The notes: generated by a model not told the origin, from the sequence alone. DNA of 64,000 nt from the human T2T-CHM13v2.0 reference genome, Homo sapiens (GCF_009914755.1 NC_060941.1); one strand, 5' to 3'. Shown: positions 1-14,164, numbered from the stretch's first letter. A program made the numbers and translations.

Positions 1-1144
1 TTCTCCATAGGAACCTATACCAAATAACAGCGCTGGAAGTGAAAGTAAGCGGACTGGCATTTATGATCTGTCCTTACACAGTTGTCTCTGTCTGAGAGAA
101 CACAGCACTGGACTCACATGAAATGAGTTCCTGCCTTATCTCAATCCGCTAAAGACCTGGTCCTTTGGCACAACGGTGCTTACTTCCTAGCCTGTCATTA
201 CACATGACAGCCCCATCTCAGGAGAATTTCAGGGCTCTTATTGCTAGGCAACAGAATTGCTCTCTATCCCCCAGAGCAAACCTGCATCTTCAGAGTCTTC
301 AAGCCAGAATTACCTGTACTAATAGAGACTTAGCAGGCATTTCTGCATAGTGGTTGCTTAAAGTGTGAGAAGTGATGAAGCAAGCCCAAACAGTATCCAG
401 AAACTGGGATCCATTTCAGATTATTATAAGCAATAGGGGCAGTATTCACCATCGTAGGAGGTTTTGTCCACTAGTTCCCTCTATTTTCAGGATACACACT
501 CAGTCAAGCCTACTCCAAAATCCACTTCACTATTCTATTTGTAGGTGGGAATCTGACTTTCTTCCTCTAGCATTTCGTCAGCCTATCCGGTCTGCTCAGT
601 TATATCATTTAAACAAAATAGTCTGTCTTCCGATTTCAACCTTGCCATCAGGGACTCTAATATTCTCCCGTAATGCACATGCAACTCAGTGGATATCAAT
701 GCTGCGTCCACGTGAAGTTTTCTAAACATGTCCTTTTTCCAAAAATTTTACGACAAACCTTGGAATCAGACAGTCTTTCATCTGCTTAACAGGGATCCTA
801 GCAAGTGGGGCAGGCAGAAGAAGAGAATAAGAGAAGGGAGAGGTAGACCTGAACAATAGAATATTCTAGATCCCTGGCCAAAAAGAAGGGAAAGGGGACC
901 TGACCTGACATTTTGGTTGAACAACTGTCACAGACAACTCTTCTATGTTTAACGACTTTATGCTTTTAAATAAAAGTTTTACAAAGCATGCTTAGGATAC
1001 AAAGAAATTTAAAACCTTATAATTTAATGTAAATTATACTTATCTTTACCTGATTATGTGTTTTTGTTAGGATATATTGTCTTAGACAGTAGAATTCTTT
1101 AAGAGTGGCTTATTTTGTAATGCACAGTCTCTCTTTTCTTGCAG
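1..1144 (+). other. KCNJ2: 3' part of KCNJ2 intron 1 ending at the splice acceptor
   Basis: Polypyrimidine tract plus AG: tctctcttttcttgcag|gacatg at 1128-1144. Matches the known two-exon KCNJ2 structure; exon 1 and the promoter lie upstream of the window. Confidence 0.85.
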
Positions 1145-2644
<1,500 letters not shown>

Positions 2645-3719
2645 CTGACTGATTCCTTCTCTGGAATAGTTACTTTACAACACGGTCTGTTGGTCAGAGG
2701 CCCAAAACAGTTATACAGATGACGGTACTGGTCAAGATGGGTCAAGCAAGCGGCCACAAGGGACTGAGGCAAGCACAATGGTTTCAAAGAAAGACTGTAA
2801 GCTCCATGATTAGCATAAAGCACTAACCATGTCTCCATGTGACCCGATGGCACATAGATGTTGTAGAATAAGTTATGGGTTTTTATGTTTTGTTTTGTGT
2901 TTTTCCAAAACTTGAACTTGCAGGCAAGCCTTGGTTGGGTATTTGATTTATCCAGAATGCTTCTCTTTAGGGAACAAGGATGTTTTTAATGGCATAACAA
3001 AGGCAAGACTCTGCCTTAATTTTTGAAAAGCTGCTAACTACATGAACACAAATGTGTATTTTTGTTGCAGTGTAGTTTTCCTTTTGTGTAATTTTAAAGT
3101 CAGTGTTGAATTTTATTGAAAGCTCATGATGCGCTTCAAAGTGGCAAGTATTTGGCTATTAACTGCCAAAACAAGAGCCTGATTTTTTGAGGCCAGTAAT
3201 TCGTTTGCTAGAATTGATTTTTTTTCTCTCTCTCTTTGTTACATAAGGGCATTATGTAACACTAGCCGAATGGTAGCCTCTGGGTTGTTGTTTTTTTCTT
3301 TTCCTCCATGATGTTAATGGGTTATCTCAAATTTTAAGTTAAACTACCTAAAATAAATACCAAAGATAATGCATATTTTTGCACAGTGGAGCTTACACTT
3401 AAAAGAAAACAAAGCCCCATGGGCTGCCTTGAAATCAAGAGACAATAACTTTGAACCTCAGCAAGACCTTGAACCGCCGGTTCATTTTGCACCTTATTCA
3501 GAAAATAGAGCATCATACTCACCGAGTCTAGTCAGTGTAGTGCTTTTAAAAATTTTGTCCTTTCATGTAACTTTTTTATTTTAAGAGGAAGAAGAAGAAA
3601 GGGGCACACACACACAATACCGACGTCTATCCTTTCCTGCTAGGCAGTGCTGGCCAGGCTCATGTGTAGTGTGCGAGATGGTGATGTACTCTTATATTTT
3701 TCTGGGCTTTTCCTTTTGC

Positions 3720-3727
3720 ACATTCCA
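3720..3727 (+). promoter_or_regulatory. miR-1/206 8mer seed site
   Basis: ACATTCCA; miR-1 regulation of KCNJ2 is reported. Confidence 0.7.
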
Positions 3728-4805
3728 AAATTCATTTCATAAGACAAGATCTTCATAGGACCTCCTTGGCATCCTGGCATTCTCAAAACTGAGCCATCCA
3801 GCATGAAAGATAAATGGGTTTAAACCCTTGCTGCTGAATTTATTGCCTGGACTGTCAGGACATCACCAGCCCACCTTCACCTTAGGGAAGATGCCACACC
3901 TGGCCTCCACACTTGCTCTTCTGATCAGTCTGTCTGGATTGAGTCCTACAGTGTCAGATAGGGCGGCAAATGCCAAAGCAGGGAAACAGGGAGGTGTGGA
4001 CAAGCCAGTTTGATGCAGCACTTCAGATCAAGTGCTTAGGAAGGAGAGGAAACTTGCCTTTTTTATGGCAGAGGATAGTAATGAAAATGTCTCAGTATTT
4101 TAGGGTCAATGAGAGCCATAAAAATATAACATAATCACAAGTAAAGGAGATAATGGTCTAAAACAGCTATTTCCCTTTTCTGTGTGCATACTTATGACTG
4201 AATGTGAGCTAAGCATTTTCTCCTGTGGAGCCCTAGAGCAGGTTACTAAGGAAGGACACATTGTTTTCCAGAAGCCTCCCCTGCCTGGCTGACTGCCTTG
4301 CTAGAAACATAATTTTTTTTTTCTCACTGAAGCTCAATAATGGAACTCTTTTTTTTTTTTTTTTTAATTTAAAGTTCCCTATTTGTGAATTCTGGGATTA
4401 CTGACTTTTCTTTTTAATTGGAGTCTCAAAATCAACTCTCTTATGGTATTATATCTCTGTATGCCATTAAAAAACAGCTTGTTCTAGAATCATGTATTTT
4501 GTAAACTGATGTTTGTGATGGTCTCTGGTTCTTGAACAGCCATATCTGAATGCCGTGCCTGCAAAACTATGACAATTTTTGCTGTTTTCAGCCTTCAGAT
4601 TTGATGGCTTGGGAAACTGAGGTGTTATTTTCAATGAAACAAAGAAAGAGATGTTAAGCAAGTGGTTGTTTTAGATCCAAATGTAAAGGCAGGTTTGGGA
4701 AGGTGTTTAAAGAGTTGGAGGAATTGGGGATTGAGTTGTAAAGAAAACTTACAGAAGAGGCAACAATTTGGTTCTTGACAGTGAGAGGATATTGAGGGCT
4801 TCAGC

Positions 4806-4813
4806 TGCTGCTA
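4806..4813 (+). promoter_or_regulatory. miR-15/16/195 8mer seed site
   Basis: TGCTGCTA in the 3'UTR. Confidence 0.6.
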
Positions 4814-5320
4814 TTATGATGTTTTGCAAAGGAAAATAATCAAACCAAAGAGTATTCAGTGATATGTAAATTAAATGAAGATACAGTGGAGAATGGGGGT
4901 GACCACAAAAGAGGCTCCCCCTAAACACACAGTGCTGCCACTTAAAAAGACTTGAGAAATTTGAAAGGGGGTGGGTATGGGGGGGGCAAGAAAGAGGGAG
5001 GGAAATCTTTCAACTTATTTCTGAAAAAGAGAAAAAAATATAAAATTTCTGGTGCACAGGTTTGTTTTTTCAAGAAAATTTTGCAGAAGCTATGTTTTTA
5101 AAGTGTACATTTTATAAAGTTTATCAGATATTTTCATATTTAAAGCCAAATGTAAATAGAGGTCTGTAAAGAAAAATAATTGCCATAGAAAGTATAATTT
5201 CAGTGCAGTAATTTCTGAGAGCTAGTACCTATATGCTACCGGTTAGCATGGTTTTAGCAAATATATACCAGCCTTATAAGGTTCGTATTGCTATGTTCTT
5301 CTGTTATTTATTTCAGCATG

Positions 5321-5327
5321 GACTGTT
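5321..5327 (+). promoter_or_regulatory. miR-132/212 7mer-m8 seed site
   Basis: GACTGTT in the 3'UTR. Confidence 0.55.
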
Positions 5328-5382
5328 CATTTGAAACCTTTTTCTAGTTATTAGCGTTTTAACAGTTACAAGCTTTAAATGG

Positions 5383-5385
<3 letters not shown>

Positions 5386-5417
<32 letters not shown>
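5386..5417 (+). repeat. Poly(T)32 tract in the 3'UTR
   Basis: Uninterrupted T run. Confidence 0.95.
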
Positions 5418-5418
<1 letters not shown>

Positions 5419-5787
5419 TCAAGAGCCAAGACACAGGTAATGCACGACATTGATTGCTGCATTTTACCTTCAAAATATTTGTCCTTATTGACTGGGTCTC
5501 CTTAATTAATGTACACATGTCATTAGAATGCAGACGGAGGGGACTCACCATGAATATCTGGGGTTGATTCCCAGATGTGTGTTGCTTCTCTATTGCAAGC
5601 AGATTCCCTGTTGGATTTACTTCGGATTTATTCCCTTTTAAAGAATTTTTGCCCATATCTGGAAGGGCACTATATTTTTGGGAGGAGCCATAGATTCCTG
5701 GTTATCCTATTTTTAAACAAAATGTAGACAAAGTGAACTCTATTTTGATTATTGAGAAAGGAGTAGTTTTCTATCCCTCTAAGAGTA

Positions 5788-5795
5788 TACTTGAA
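5788..5795 (+). promoter_or_regulatory. miR-26 8mer seed site
   Basis: TACTTGAA; miR-26 regulation of KCNJ2 is reported. Confidence 0.7.
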
Positions 5796-6256
5796 TCAGA
5801 CATTTTAAGGATGTCACTATGGCACTGTTGTCATTTCCAAATTCCTAGAAAAGTTTGTTTTACTTTGTTTTTATTCTGTTAATGCATTCTTTCTTCTCTT
5901 TACTTCCTTTCTTACCAGTACACTCCTATCTCAACTCTGTTTATTTGATGAGTTCTGTCCCGTAAATCATATTTCCCTTACAATTAATAAATGTCACTTC
6001 ATATTTTATAATAAACCACTCAGTAAAAGCAAAAGCTTGTCCTGAGAAGTAGAGTGAGTTCTTTTTCACTCTGTGTCTAATAATGTTAAGGTGGGAAAAA
6101 AAAAAGTGTGGCATAGCTACCTGCCCATCCCCAACCCTCAGCAAAGTAGAATCTCTTTTCTGGTAATTTTGGGTTTCCGCTCTGGGCTCTGGCAAGTTGA
6201 ACAATCCTAGCCATTGACAATCGTGATAGTTATTATTTTCCCATTTGCTGTCTTTT

Positions 6257-6395
6257 TGTATCTAAAGTCTTCCTATTGTACTGCACAAACCATGGATTGT
6301 ACATATTTTTATATATTATGTCTTATTTTATTATTTCTAAATAAAAAAATTAAAAATTGAAAACAAATTCTTGGAAGAATCTTTGGGCTTCCCGT
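6257..6395 (+). terminator. Main KCNJ2 polyadenylation signal
   Basis: AATAAA at 6340-6345, upstream TGTA (CFIm) elements at 6257, 6277 and 6298, U-rich upstream region and U/GU-rich downstream sequence. Confidence 0.8.
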
Positions 6396-6796
6396 ATGAT
6401 TACTCTAGAAACACCATAAAGCAAATGTTCCCAAACAATGGAACATAAACCCTGATAGGTTAGATGCATAGAGCCATAGAAATGGCCTCAACAGACAGGT
6501 GCAGTGGGGTGACAGATTAGTTTAATTCAAGTTAGAGGAAGTCAAGCTCATATTTTGTTTTTGGATAGAATAGGCTAGGTAGAAAGGGAATACAAAAGAC
6601 CAATAAACAAGCCAAAAAAAAAAAAAAACTAAGAAAAATATTATCAAGTTTAGATTTTGCTTCTCTCTTTAATGGGTGATAAGGTGTAGTTGCTCTTTAT
6701 CGAGCCTCAACTATGTGTAGAGTTCTTGCATTACATATTATTTTTATCTCATTCCCACAGAAACCAAATCAGGATATTATTATTTTGTATTATAGA

Positions 6797-7021
6797 CTAA
6801 GACTTGGCAAATAAGTTCTGTAAAGGGCCAGGCAGTAAGTATTTTTTGGCTTTATGAACCAGAGGGTCTTTGTCTCAACTATGCAAATTCAGCCTTGTAA
6901 TGTGAAAGCAGTTACAGACAATATGAAAACAAATGGTATGGCTGTGTTTCAAAACAATTTTACTAACATCTACAGCCAGTGGGCTAGATTTGGCTTATGG
7001 CCAGTAGTGTGTTGACCCCTG
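6797..7021 (-). mobile_element. MER58A-like hAT-Charlie DNA transposon, inserted in a MIR remnant
   Basis: ttctgtaaagggccag...tttgtctcaacta...ggctgtgtttcaaaac...ttgacccctg matches the MER58A reverse complement; MIR-like sequence on both flanks. Confidence 0.75.
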
Positions 7022-7329
7022 TTTTGGGTGAAGAAACTGAGTATGAATTTTAAAGCTAATGAATCAGTGAGGTAGTATTTGGATTCTGGTTTTACCTGCA
7101 TCTAAACCTAGTTTTATCCATTAAACTATATATCATTTCAGGTCACAAAGCTACCAAGGATATGTAGTCCCGCCACTTTCTCTGGCAAATTTGAAATAAA
7201 TAAATGTTTCTCAAGGTTGGAAATACGGAGAAAATTTGCATTCTAAAATATGGGTTGCACCTTGCTCTTTTTTCTTTAACTAATATGGCAATTATTATTT
7301 ATGTTTCAAATATGACTCTAAGTCCTTTC

Positions 7330-7510
7330 TAAGTACTAAATAATTTAGTCTTAACAGCAAGTCTATGGAATAGGCTGTATTATTATCCTCATTTAAGAAA
7401 TGAAGAAACTAAGGCTCAGAGAGGTTAAGCACCTTGTCCAAGTACATATGGGAATTATTAGTGCTGAGATTCAAACTGAGGCCATTCAATACTAGGCTGT
7501 GCTTTTTGTG
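7330..7510 (-). mobile_element. MIR SINE
   Basis: Core atgaagaaactaaggctcagagaggttaag...cttgtccaag. Confidence 0.8.
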
Positions 7511-8497
7511 ACTACTCTATGCGCTTTCTTTTTGTACATATTCTTGGTAAAAGCTTCACCATTTAAGACCTTTCTGCTTTTCAGTTTTTATCCTTTTCGG
7601 TAATGAAAATACATCCTTTTTGTTTGCACAGCATACGTTAGTGCAGAATTCTTGCCTCGTTCATAACTCATTCCTAAATTCCTCATTTAATGTTTGGTGA
7701 GAGAGAACAACTTACAAGGAGTAGAGTAATTACAAACACTGGTTGTGGGATTTGGGTAAATTTCAAACTTAAGATTAATTTCAATTAACAAGGAATTGTT
7801 TAGGTCTGTCTCCAGGCGAAACCACAAAGTTCTGTTACTAACCAAGCTGCAGGAACCCGACCACATCCACACTTTTGCTTTCTGCCCATGGTAGGCAGCC
7901 AAAGGTGTAACACAATCCTCTGGGCAATTGAGATAATTAAGCCAGACCGGTTATGGTAACGCCAGGCAGTGAGTTGCATGCTATACAGGCCTCTATTTTT
8001 TATTTTATTAAATACGTATACAAAAAGAAAAGGCAGGGGTGGAATTTCAGAGTCCTTTTGCTTGGACTGTCTTTTGAGTGACAAGTGAGGCAAGACCTCC
8101 AAGCTCTAGCCTTCAGAAGCAGCAGCTTCCCAGGTCATACTTGCAAAGAAAAAAACAAATTTCCATCTAGAAATATTCATTTTCAAGCTAGCAAAACTGA
8201 TTAAATGAATCGTATTTGTTTGCCCAAATTTGAGTGAGTGAATAAATGCATAAATGAATAAAGGATGGCTAGCTCTATGTCCTTTAAATGAAGTAAAGAA
8301 CCAAGTCCGTGATCAGCTTATTTCAGGACCTCAGTGTTTCTTCAGGATATTTCAGACCATGGAGCTAAGTGACCTAATGATTAGTCACTATCTGAGGGTT
8401 GTTATAATGATTTTATAAAAAGAGAAATATCTAATTACAAGGTAGTACCTGCAAAGCACAAGTAGAATAAGAATATCAGAGTGCCTGGCTTAGGAAC

Positions 8498-8609
8498 TGG
8501 GTGTCCAACTGTCCTGATTTGCCTGGGACTCAGGGATTTTCTAGCGTGCAAGACTTTCAGTGCTGAAACTGGAAAAGCTCTGGGCAAACCAGGGGAGTTG
8601 GTCATCCTC
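8498..8609 (-). mobile_element. MER81 (hAT-Blackjack MITE)
   Basis: Terminal inverted repeats gggtgtccaactgtcctgatttgcc / ggcaaaccaggggagttggtcatcc around gactttcagtgctgaaac. Confidence 0.75.
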
Positions 8610-10066
8610 CTTTGGAAAGTAGAGAAGTAGAATGGCTGGGGGAAAGGGGAAGACCCAGTAGATAAGAATTCGCAAGGGAGGAATTGAAGCAAGGTAAACC
8701 AGAGGCAGCACGTGAGTGTTACTAAACAGAATAATAATGGTGAATAATTACTTAGGAAGTGGCTCTCTCCAACTAACTGAAATTTGTCACCTCAAGGGCA
8801 TTTTTTTTGTTTTGGAGGAATGGTTTTCTAAAATATTATACAATTATCTGCCTTATTCAAAAGATGATATATATTATTTAACATTTCCTTATGTGACTCA
8901 AGCTAATATGTGCACCTCTTTCTGATGGGATATGCTTTTTAATCTTTTTTTATCACGAAACCAGCAGCTAATATTTTGTCCACTGCCAGAAGTCCCCTAG
9001 TGCTAGTTTGTTTTCTGCTTCTTATTCTCTGGGTCAAATAAATCAGATCAACCCATTATGATATAGATTATTGTATCATATATGTCATAGCATATATGAT
9101 GAGTTTATCATATATCGTCATATCATATATAATATAGATTATCAGAGAGGATATCACATAATCCTCTATGACTAATATCATACGTAATAGCAGGGAGGTT
9201 CAGAAGGCCCAGAGGAGACACAAATGACCTGGCTTCTGCGCAGGTTTTATATTCATTGTACTGATTTTCGGAGATCTTTTTTATTTCAGGTTTGAGATTA
9301 TATTCGGAGAGGTTGAGGCCATTAAGGAATTTGACTTTAGAAAATTCTATTCAACTCAACCAAAAATTTGTTAAGCGATTATAATGTAATACTGGGCACT
9401 CAGAGTTTTCTTTATGGACTTGGTCTCCAATCAGTCACAACTTAGAAAATGGGTGGTATGGTTATATATTTATTTTGTCTTAAAAACTAAGAAAAGTAAC
9501 TGGGTTTTAGATATAAAAAGTTTGTATAGAACAGTAACTACCAATTACTGAGTACTTAGGATCTATTAGGCACTGTACAGACACACTGTTCTTTTCCTCC
9601 ATGTGTGGACATCTTCATTTGGAAGATTAAATATCTTTGCAGGGAGGTCACTGTGGATTCAAGTGTTTTTGAAACACCCTATTGGGAATCGTTTTCAGTG
9701 CACCTCATTTAAATATTTTATTTGTGACAAAATTTTTTATAACTTTTTGGTTAAGGTTAAATTCTATGTTTAGAAAAATCCAGAACTCAATCAGAACCAC
9801 ATTTAAGTGACAAAGTTGGATAATTAAGATCGCAAATATCATGTCCTACAAAACAATCAATGAGTGACTATAAAGAACATGTAATTAGTGAGATGGTTTG
9901 GTTGTTTAATTGTCAATGGTTCTGATTTGGCTCAAATGACCCAGGAGGCTTTACAAAATATGCTGCACCGGGAGAGTGGACTTGGATTAAGTAAGCAACC
10001 TTCTGCTATGATAACTTGGAAGGACATCTCAAATGTCTATAAATAATCTTACCTGGCTTAAAAAAC

Positions 10067-10071
<5 letters not shown>

Positions 10072-10101
<30 letters not shown>
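10072..10101 (+). repeat. (TC)15 microsatellite
   Basis: Direct reading. Confidence 0.95.
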
Positions 10102-10104
<3 letters not shown>

Positions 10105-10726
10105 TTCTTTCCCTCTCACTTTCTTTTCTAATTCATGATGGTAACTTCTACCTTTTGTTTTGATTTTTACCCTTGAATTCTAGATAAACTATCTGCAAAC
10201 GTTCACATTAATGTGGAAGTTTGGTGAGACAAACCTGTTTTCTCAACTTCATAATATCTTAAAATTAAAATATGTAAGACCTTTAAAATATAATACATAC
10301 CATTTTCTTCCCCTCCTAGCCTCCTTCTAGCCACTTCTCTTGAAACCATTTGCCATATATCAGTAACAGTAACCTTAAAATCAACTTAGTTAAAAAACAA
10401 CTATTTACAAACATAATACTTGTATAGACACACAGTCATAATCAGAAGACATCACTTTATAATCTATATTTTTTTACTCTTACAATGGAAATTCTATAGG
10501 TAAAACAGTCCCTCAAGGAAAAATTAAATGTTTGTATATATTTGGTTTGGTTTTGATAGACTGCTTTCTGACAACAAACATACACACCCAAGCAAGCTTC
10601 TACTGCTATGAAAATTATGGAATTGTGAGGTAAAAATGTTATGACAATTTCTTGGTTTAGGGAAATGTGAGAAAATTAAGCATAGAGAAACTCCAATGCC
10701 AGAGACATTTCAAAAATAGCATGTAT

Positions 10727-11014
10727 GTTCTCCTTCCTCCATCCTTTCCTTCCTTCCTCCCTCTCTCCCTCCTTCCCTCCCTTCTTCCTTCCTTCCCTGT
10801 TTCCTTGTTTCCCTTCCTTCTCTTCCTCCCTTCCCCTCCCCTCCCCCTCCCTCTCCCCTCCCCTCCCCCTCCCTCTCCCCTCCCCTCCCTCCCTCCCTCC
10901 CTTCCTTCTTCCTTCCTTCCTTTTTTTCTCTTCCCTTGCTTCTTCTTTCCTCCTTCCTTCCCTCCTTCTCTTCCTACCTTCCGCTTCCCTTCTCTCCTCT
11001 TTTCTTCCTTCTTC
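10727..11014 (+). repeat. Polypyrimidine (CCTT/CCCT)n low-complexity tract
   Basis: About 290 bp, almost only C/T; source of several spurious ORFs. Confidence 0.95.
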
Positions 11015-14000
11015 CCACACATTTGTAATTCTCTATCATTTGCCTGCCACTCTGTTTGTTGTTGCTGTAATTAGTAGTGCTCACAAGTGACTCTTAATAA
11101 AGTTACAATAATAAAGCATGGTTACCTAATGCAATGTTTAACCTAAAATTTGAAAGTGTTTCTTCTTACAGTTTAAGTTGGTTTTGTAAGGACTTTGCTC
11201 CGGTGAACCCTGTTCTTTCCCTCCCTCCTGCTAAATGACTGCTCTGACCCCGTATTCTGCTGCGATTAGTTCTGTGAATCATCTTCGCCTCAGCATTTCC
11301 CCAGTCCTGACACATGGACAGAAAGACATCCCTTGGCAAACATTCAATCTAGTACAACAAACAAATGAATCAAGTCTCAGCCTTTGTCATTTTACTTGGA
11401 TTTTGTTTTTTTACATTTTTGCTAATACAGTTTTACATCTAAAGTCCCAGTTAAGCAGCTCTTCATTTGGTCCTGCAAACAGAGTGTCTCGTCGAATAGT
11501 ATATAGGAGGTTCCTTTACATTAGGAACTTTCTCATAAAAACAGATTATTTACCAAGAGAGAAATTTCAAAGGCAAGTATACACACATTTCTAACAAAAC
11601 ACTCTCGGCAAAAGCACTGTCAGATGGCAACCATATATGACAAAATGAGGGAAAGTTGAATGAACATGTCAGAGGTTTTCTTCAGTCCTATCATGAGTTC
11701 TTTTGGTGGCCATAAGGTCAACAAAGCACTCCTCCCTGCCTTTTCCAGGGAGGAGCTGAAGTGGCAGCCAGCATCACTTGGGCACACTCAGTCAATGAGG
11801 CAGCTGAATAAGATGCCCCCGAGTTGCCATAGAAACTGGAAGAAGCAGAGAAGCACCTTCTCCTGCACACTCTTTAATTTCATCTGAGTGACTTTGTTTA
11901 AGAACCAAAAATAAAAAGTGCACAAGGATGTAATTATATAAAAAGCTGTGTTCGATTATAAATACAGTATGTACTTTTGCCTCAGTCTACAGCTCACCTC
12001 TCCCTTCCATTTCGAGGCATTTGAACCATTCAAGGAGGAGTCTTCACTTCAGCTTTAATTGAAATGAGGCCCAGATTTACCAAGACAGGGGAGCGAGACT
12101 TTCTGCATTTCTATCTTTCCCTGGTTCACATTTGACGTCTGCATGTGGAGTCTTTTATAACAAAGTCTATTTCCAGGGGATCTTCATATCGGGCCATCTG
12201 GGTTCACCAGGGCTTACTGAAATTGCTCTGCCTTTTGGCATTTGTAGTCTAAAACATCGTATAGGTTTATGATCATTTTGCAGGATAATAAAAAGAGGTG
12301 GACAGGAGAATGCCAAAAAAGCAATTAGTGGAGAAGGGCAACAAAATCCTTTTTTAAAGAAATCCTGTTGCTACTTGCAATAAACAGCTAGTTTCACAAT
12401 AGAGCAGGATGGGAGGAGAGTACCTCAACAGTGGTCCCATTGCAGTGTTCACCTGGGGGAAATTGTTCAGAATTTAGAGGGTCTACCTCTGGTCTTTACA
12501 CCTTCCTGAAGGGCTGATGGGTTAAATTTGCTGGAAGAAAATGACACATCTTCTTTCTAGTATCCTTTAGTGAAACAGGGCAATCCTGAACCTGCATGAA
12601 TCCTGGCATGATTTGAAATGTACTTGCTCTTAGGTTCCTACTTCCTGCTAGTGATTTGCATGAAGTTGAGTGCAATATAGAATTTACTTAAAAAGGAAAA
12701 TGCAAAGGTACAAGGTGTGTCCAATGAGCAAAAATGCAATCCTATGTGTTCTTCGTGAATATGCCTTGTCTGTTCTCTTGATTTGGAGGACTACACATGA
12801 GAACCCGAGACTGAGACTTTCTGCAAGGCAAATAAGTCTTTTGTATAAGTAAAATATGAAAGGATTTTTCCCTTTTTGGAAAGCTGGCAGCCTGCAGGTA
12901 AAAAATGTGGCTGGTTCAGCTAGTGCTGTTTGTAAAACTAGACTGGCCATGTTTCTTAAATGCCTACTGAAACCAGTTACATGCTTGCAAGCAAAAAAAG
13001 AAAGAAAAATAATGGAACTGAAGAACGTCCTTGGCTGTTTAAGGTTGGAAAATTTTACTTAAATGAATCTAGAATTTCCAGATCTTTTTACCTAGAGGTA
13101 CATAACAACCACAAAAGGAGTTTCCTCAAATATAGCTTTAAATGTCAGCCGTGTCCTCTTCCTGGCTTTGAGTTCAGATGTATTGTTTCTGGTGTTTTGT
13201 TTTGTTTTATTGTTGATTGTTTTTGGTTTTTGCCTCACATCAACCCACGATGAAAACTCAACTCCTCTTAGAGTTTTTCCAAAATAACATGAAAATGCAT
13301 TATTAAGAAATGTTGGTTTTATAGAAAATTTTATATGGAAGACAGAAGAGGGGTTCTCTGCACACCCTCCACGTGAAACATCAAACTTATCTTGCAAGTT
13401 GGATTTCTACAGGGATTTCGTTCTCTTATCTCTCACCACCAAGAGTGAGATTTACTCTTTTTACCTTTTGAAATCCAATAAGGTGCTGGGCAAAACAAGG
13501 GACCCTGTGGTTAGCAAGGCCCTTGTTGTTAGAAATGGTCAGCTTTAAAATGCCACAGATTAAAGAAAAATTATACAATAACTGTGCCACTAAGATGCAT
13601 AAAGTAATAAAGTTTAAATAACACAGTCCAGCATTTGCCTCCAGTCTCAAAAGCTCAAAAGTCTGATTCCATCAGCACATCTGGCCCTAGGAGCCAGATG
13701 TATGGACTTAAAATATTTATTTACAATGAGAAGTATGAATGCTAAAGGAACCACACACTTGAAGACTACAGTCAGTGTATGTTCACTGTCTGTGAATTTT
13801 TCATGGTGGTTGGGAATAGAGCAAGGAGAAGTCACGTGAATTAATCGTAGGATTGTAGGATGTTAGCAAACAAAGACAGCATCTTTCATCTAACTCAACT
13901 GGGAATCAGACTAAAGAACTGGTCATGTTGAATCATCAGATGGAACTCTCTTGCCCTGAACAATGCTTGGATCAGCACTATTCATTTTAGCTTGTGGGAT

Positions 14001-14164
14001 TCTTCTTTCAGATACTTCCAAGGCCGACTAGTATCATCATTCTCTGTTCCCTTTTAATTAAAACATTCTTTACTTACATAAGTGAATATACACAGTCCAT
14101 TTGAAGTTACATTTCAGAGGTCTGGAAATCTTTCTCTTGTTTCATCTGTGATTTTTTTATATAA

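Larger units (their letters stand above)
2645..6365 (+). other. KCNJ2: KCNJ2 3'UTR (~3.7 kb)
   Basis: U-rich sequence with no recognisable interspersed repeats, from the stop codon to the AATAAA at 6340. Length fits the known ~5.4 kb mRNA. Confidence 0.85.

Noticed and set aside
10657-11090. Four 114-135 aa ORFs rich in G/R/E or P/S/L/F
   Set aside because: Artefacts of the stop-free CT/GA tract. The same applies to the ORFs at 37043-37282, 43814-44223 and 55336-55694.
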